Shown: one piece after another, positions 63,532-64,000 of the stretch
Layout: every line of letters begins with the position of its first letter
How positions within the stretch are numbered: the first letter of the stretch is position 1
Assembly (NCBI GenBank): GCA_028873575.1
Contig: JAGWHY010000003.1
Location: 15,661-79,660, forward strand
Length of the DNA stretch: 64,000 nt
Direction: 5' to 3'
From: Acidobacteriota bacterium
GTDB lineage: Bacteria > Actinomycetota > Acidimicrobiia > Acidimicrobiales > RAAP-2
The notes under the pieces: generated by a model
Told to the model about the DNA's origin: nothing
What the model saw: the letters and a program-made list of their open reading frames with translations, nothing else
The model's database searches: none
Translations under genes and position numbers: made by a program

Positions 63532-64000
63532 ATGGAGCGTGACGTCGAACTCGCCGACGTGCGTCTGCGCGTCGAGGTGAGCGGACCCGACGACGGCCCC
63601 CTCGCGCTCTGTCTGCACGGCTTTCCCGACACGCCCTTCACCTTTCGCTTTCTTCGCGCCGCGCTCGAACGACGTGGCTACCGCGTCGCGGCCCCGTGGC
63701 TCCGCGGTTACGCGCCGTCGTCCACGTCCTCGTGCGAGAACTACTCGCTGAGCGCCTTGGTCGACGACGCGAACGCGCTGCACGACGCGCTCGGCGGTGA
63801 CGAACGTGCCGTCGTTATTGGACACGACTGGGGTGCCGCGATCGCCTACGGCGCCTGCGCGCGCGCCCCCGAGAAGTGGCGCCGCGCGGTGGCAATCGCC
63901 GTACCGCCGAGCGCGCTGTTCGCCTCGGCCCTCTTTCGCTTCGACCAGACCAGGCGTAGTTGGTACCTGTGGTTCTTTCAGAGTCCCTTCGCCGAATCGG
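63532..64000 (+). CDS. Alpha/beta hydrolase (epoxide-hydrolase-like), 3' end outside the window
   Basis: My own translation from the ATG at 63532 is MERDVELADVRLRVEVSGPDDGPLALCLHGFPDT...VVIGHDWGAAIAYG (HGxP oxyanion motif, GHDWG nucleophile elbow). The frame stays open to the window end. Confidence 0.7.
   Translation, partial: MERDVELADVRLRVEVSGPDDGPLALCLHGFPDTPFTFRFLRAALERRGYRVAAPWLRGYAPSSTSSCENYSLSALVDDANALHDALGGDERAVVIGHDWGAAIAYGACARAPEKWRRAVAIAVPPSALFASALFRFDQTRRSWYLWFFQSPFAES

Noticed and set aside
1-64000. A CRISPR array, rRNA genes, or insertion sequences.
   Set aside because: I saw no regularly spaced direct repeats apart from the 93-bp coding duplication at 7212-7397. I saw no rRNA-like conserved segments and no transposase-like ORFs or terminal inverted repeats while reading the window.

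Overview
GC-rich, very tightly packed chromosomal segment. The synteny looks like Actinomycetota: rmlD with a wbbL-like gene, lpd-E2-lipB/lipA, ftsE-ftsX next to prfB-secA, and a SufBD/Rieske/SufC set. I can support about 57 protein-coding genes, almost all housekeeping. They include a peptide ABC importer, RNase HII and HI, dxs, msrB, ftsEX, prfB, secA, birA and accA. Also present are a methylmalonyl-CoA-mutase-family large subunit, a MoeZ-like enzyme, pepA, a PduO-type adenosyltransferase, metH, thiE, a fragmented SUF Fe-S system and oligopeptidase B. I saw no rRNA, tRNA, CRISPR array, transposase or integrase. The one accessory-looking island is at about 7.1-12.1 kb. It holds a Lys/Ala-rich histone-like gene carrying a perfect 93-bp tandem duplication, a membrane-anchor-less VirD4/TraG-type ATPase, and a helicase-less TrwC-type relaxase. 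The ATPase and relaxase genes converge and overlap. The relaxase lies directly downstream of a naturally fused PafBC-type double-WYL regulator. I flag this trio as the best candidate for an undescribed DNA-processing or DNA-sensing module. Other points worth a second look:
- an in-frame LipB-LipA fusion
- a domain-permuted rhodanese-ThiF enzyme
- a SUF system split into three blocks with two SufC paralogs and no SufR
- a small 4-Cys ORF after sufB
- an alpha/beta hydrolase lacking its nucleophile serine
- widespread overlapping stop codons and leaderless-type promoters
All functional calls come from motifs read in the supplied translations. No database search was possible.
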